Source of the DNA: Lingula anatina
Lineage: Eukaryota; Animalia; Brachiopoda
Length of the DNA stretch: 64,000 nt
Direction: 5' to 3'
Assembly (NCBI GenBank): GCA_051362555.1
Contig: CM120649.1
Location: forward strand, 14,074,001-14,138,000
Of this stretch, positions 62,681 to 64,000 are shown in pieces. The position numbers and the translations under genes are program-made. The notes beneath the pieces are model-generated. The model made no database searches and was not told the DNA's origin. It saw nothing but the letters and a program-made list of their open reading frames with translations. Each line of letters opens with the position of its first letter. The stretch's first letter is position 1.

Positions 62681-64000
62681 GCACATTGCTCCAATGATGT
62701 TTTTGATATAAAACAATATAAGTAAATGTCACAAAGCTCTTAAAAGAGTGACAATTGACCTTGTCTCAGTGATAAATGTGCTGATGTAAAAACAATATTT
62801 TTAATTTAGAACATTTTATTTTTTCTACAAAAGAAATACATTGCTCACTGGTGAGAGAATCATGAAACTAAGGGCAAATCTAGACTGCACTTCAATTTCT
62901 CTTTTTAACGTCTTTGTATTTTACAAGTCCGTAAGCTGTTGTTTACTAGTAACAGTTACTCGTTACGATTAAAAAAATGACTTTGTTGTTTAGTAACAAT
63001 TAATTAATACGATTATAAAATGACCTGGCGTTATATAGTTTAAGTGCATAAACGACTTCACTTAACCATTTATCAATTAGGAGGGAAGATAAATCAACTG
63101 AATAATTTTTTTTTCTGAAGAAGGACATATTTGATATTTGTTGAAATGAAATGTAATTGTGTCATTGTCGTAGCTGAGACATTCTGATGATTTCTTGACA
63201 TTATTTTTGTTGTGACCATATGTCCTCTTGAGAGTTTCTCACAATATGATTGTATTAATTGTACAACATTTCTTTATTCGAAATTTCACTGCTTGTATCA
63301 GTAAAGGCCTTGGTCGGTACCCTCAAAATCAATAAACTCGCCTGTGTAATCTGGTTGTATGGTTCTAAAACAGGTATGTAAATGTTACCTAAAATATGCG
63401 CATGACTGACGTGACCCGGAAAGGAAAAAAGACCTAGTTCCCTGTCTGCGCATGCGTTAATGGAGGCAACGCTAAAGCCTCATTAGGATAAAATACAATC
63501 CGAGTAAAAGCGACCTGAAATGTTATGTCAAACTAAGGATGCATACTCAATGATGTAGACTTTTATCCGCATTTTATGTGTTTTAACACGCGAAAGCGTC
63601 ATTTCCAGTGTTGATCAGTGGTTTGGAACCTTTGCAAGCATAAAAGTGCTGCGAGATATTCCGAGATTTGCAATTTGGAATTACAATCTGTCATTGCTTA
63701 AGACTCACAAAGCGGTATTTGTTACCCATGGGTATGAATAGAGAGAACTGCTACATTGACGACGTCAGGTTTGAGTTTATTAACATTTATATTCCAGTGT
63801 TTCACTTTCATACAAATACAAGGGAATTTAAACTCTATTTCTCTGAATTGACCACGCGTTTACTTATTTTCTAATCTACTTTGTCATTTACATATTCAAC
63901 ATTTCCTTATAAGTAATCTCTTTTCGTCTCCTAAATCTAAAGGCCTTTATTAAAATATCATTTCCATTGCGTCATATTTGGAACATTCAAAAAGGACACC
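62681..64000. repeat. 1.3 kb duplicated block, copy 2 (runs off the right edge)
   Basis: Near-identical to 54577-55898. Its left breakpoint abuts a CAGTGGCGTA-polyG MITE-like end (62641-62680). Confidence 0.92.

Overview
AT-rich, intron-rich animal genomic DNA, probably an invertebrate of lophotrochozoan type (inference). Left to right: (1) the first coding exon of a FAM122A/PABIR-like PP2A-B55 inhibitor on the minus strand, head-to-head with (2) a ~35 kb RanBP2/Nup358 gene (1737-36978) carrying an N-terminal TPR/helical region, coiled coil, four canonical Ran-binding domains, three RanBP2-type zinc fingers, FG repeats, one IR (SUMO E3) module and a degenerate fifth RanBD, with no cyclophilin domain; (3) a receptor tyrosine kinase gene with an anosmin-like Cys-rich domain, FN3 domains and a mucin stalk, whose kinase looks catalytically dead (DFG to NFG, alphaC Glu to Lys); (4) two tandem secreted proteinase-K/subtilisin (S8A) genes; (5) a recently duplicated 1.3 kb promoter-like block and a LINE RT fragment. 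Several MITE, Helentron-type and TIR elements lie in introns. The most unusual signal is at the 3' end of RanBP2. The 7.9 kb intron after RBD4 hides three or four phase-compatible candidate alternative first exons: an ARF-like myristoylation peptide [12 protein letters not shown], an amphipathic aromatic helix, and a three-exon Cys/His module. All can splice in frame onto a 380-codon cassette exon of an unrecognised GNxxY[ST]xEL / IxPxxxxxTG repeat and the degenerate RanBD, suggesting a nested multi-promoter family of short, membrane-targeted Nup358 C-terminal proteins. All exon structures were read by eye and need transcript confirmation.
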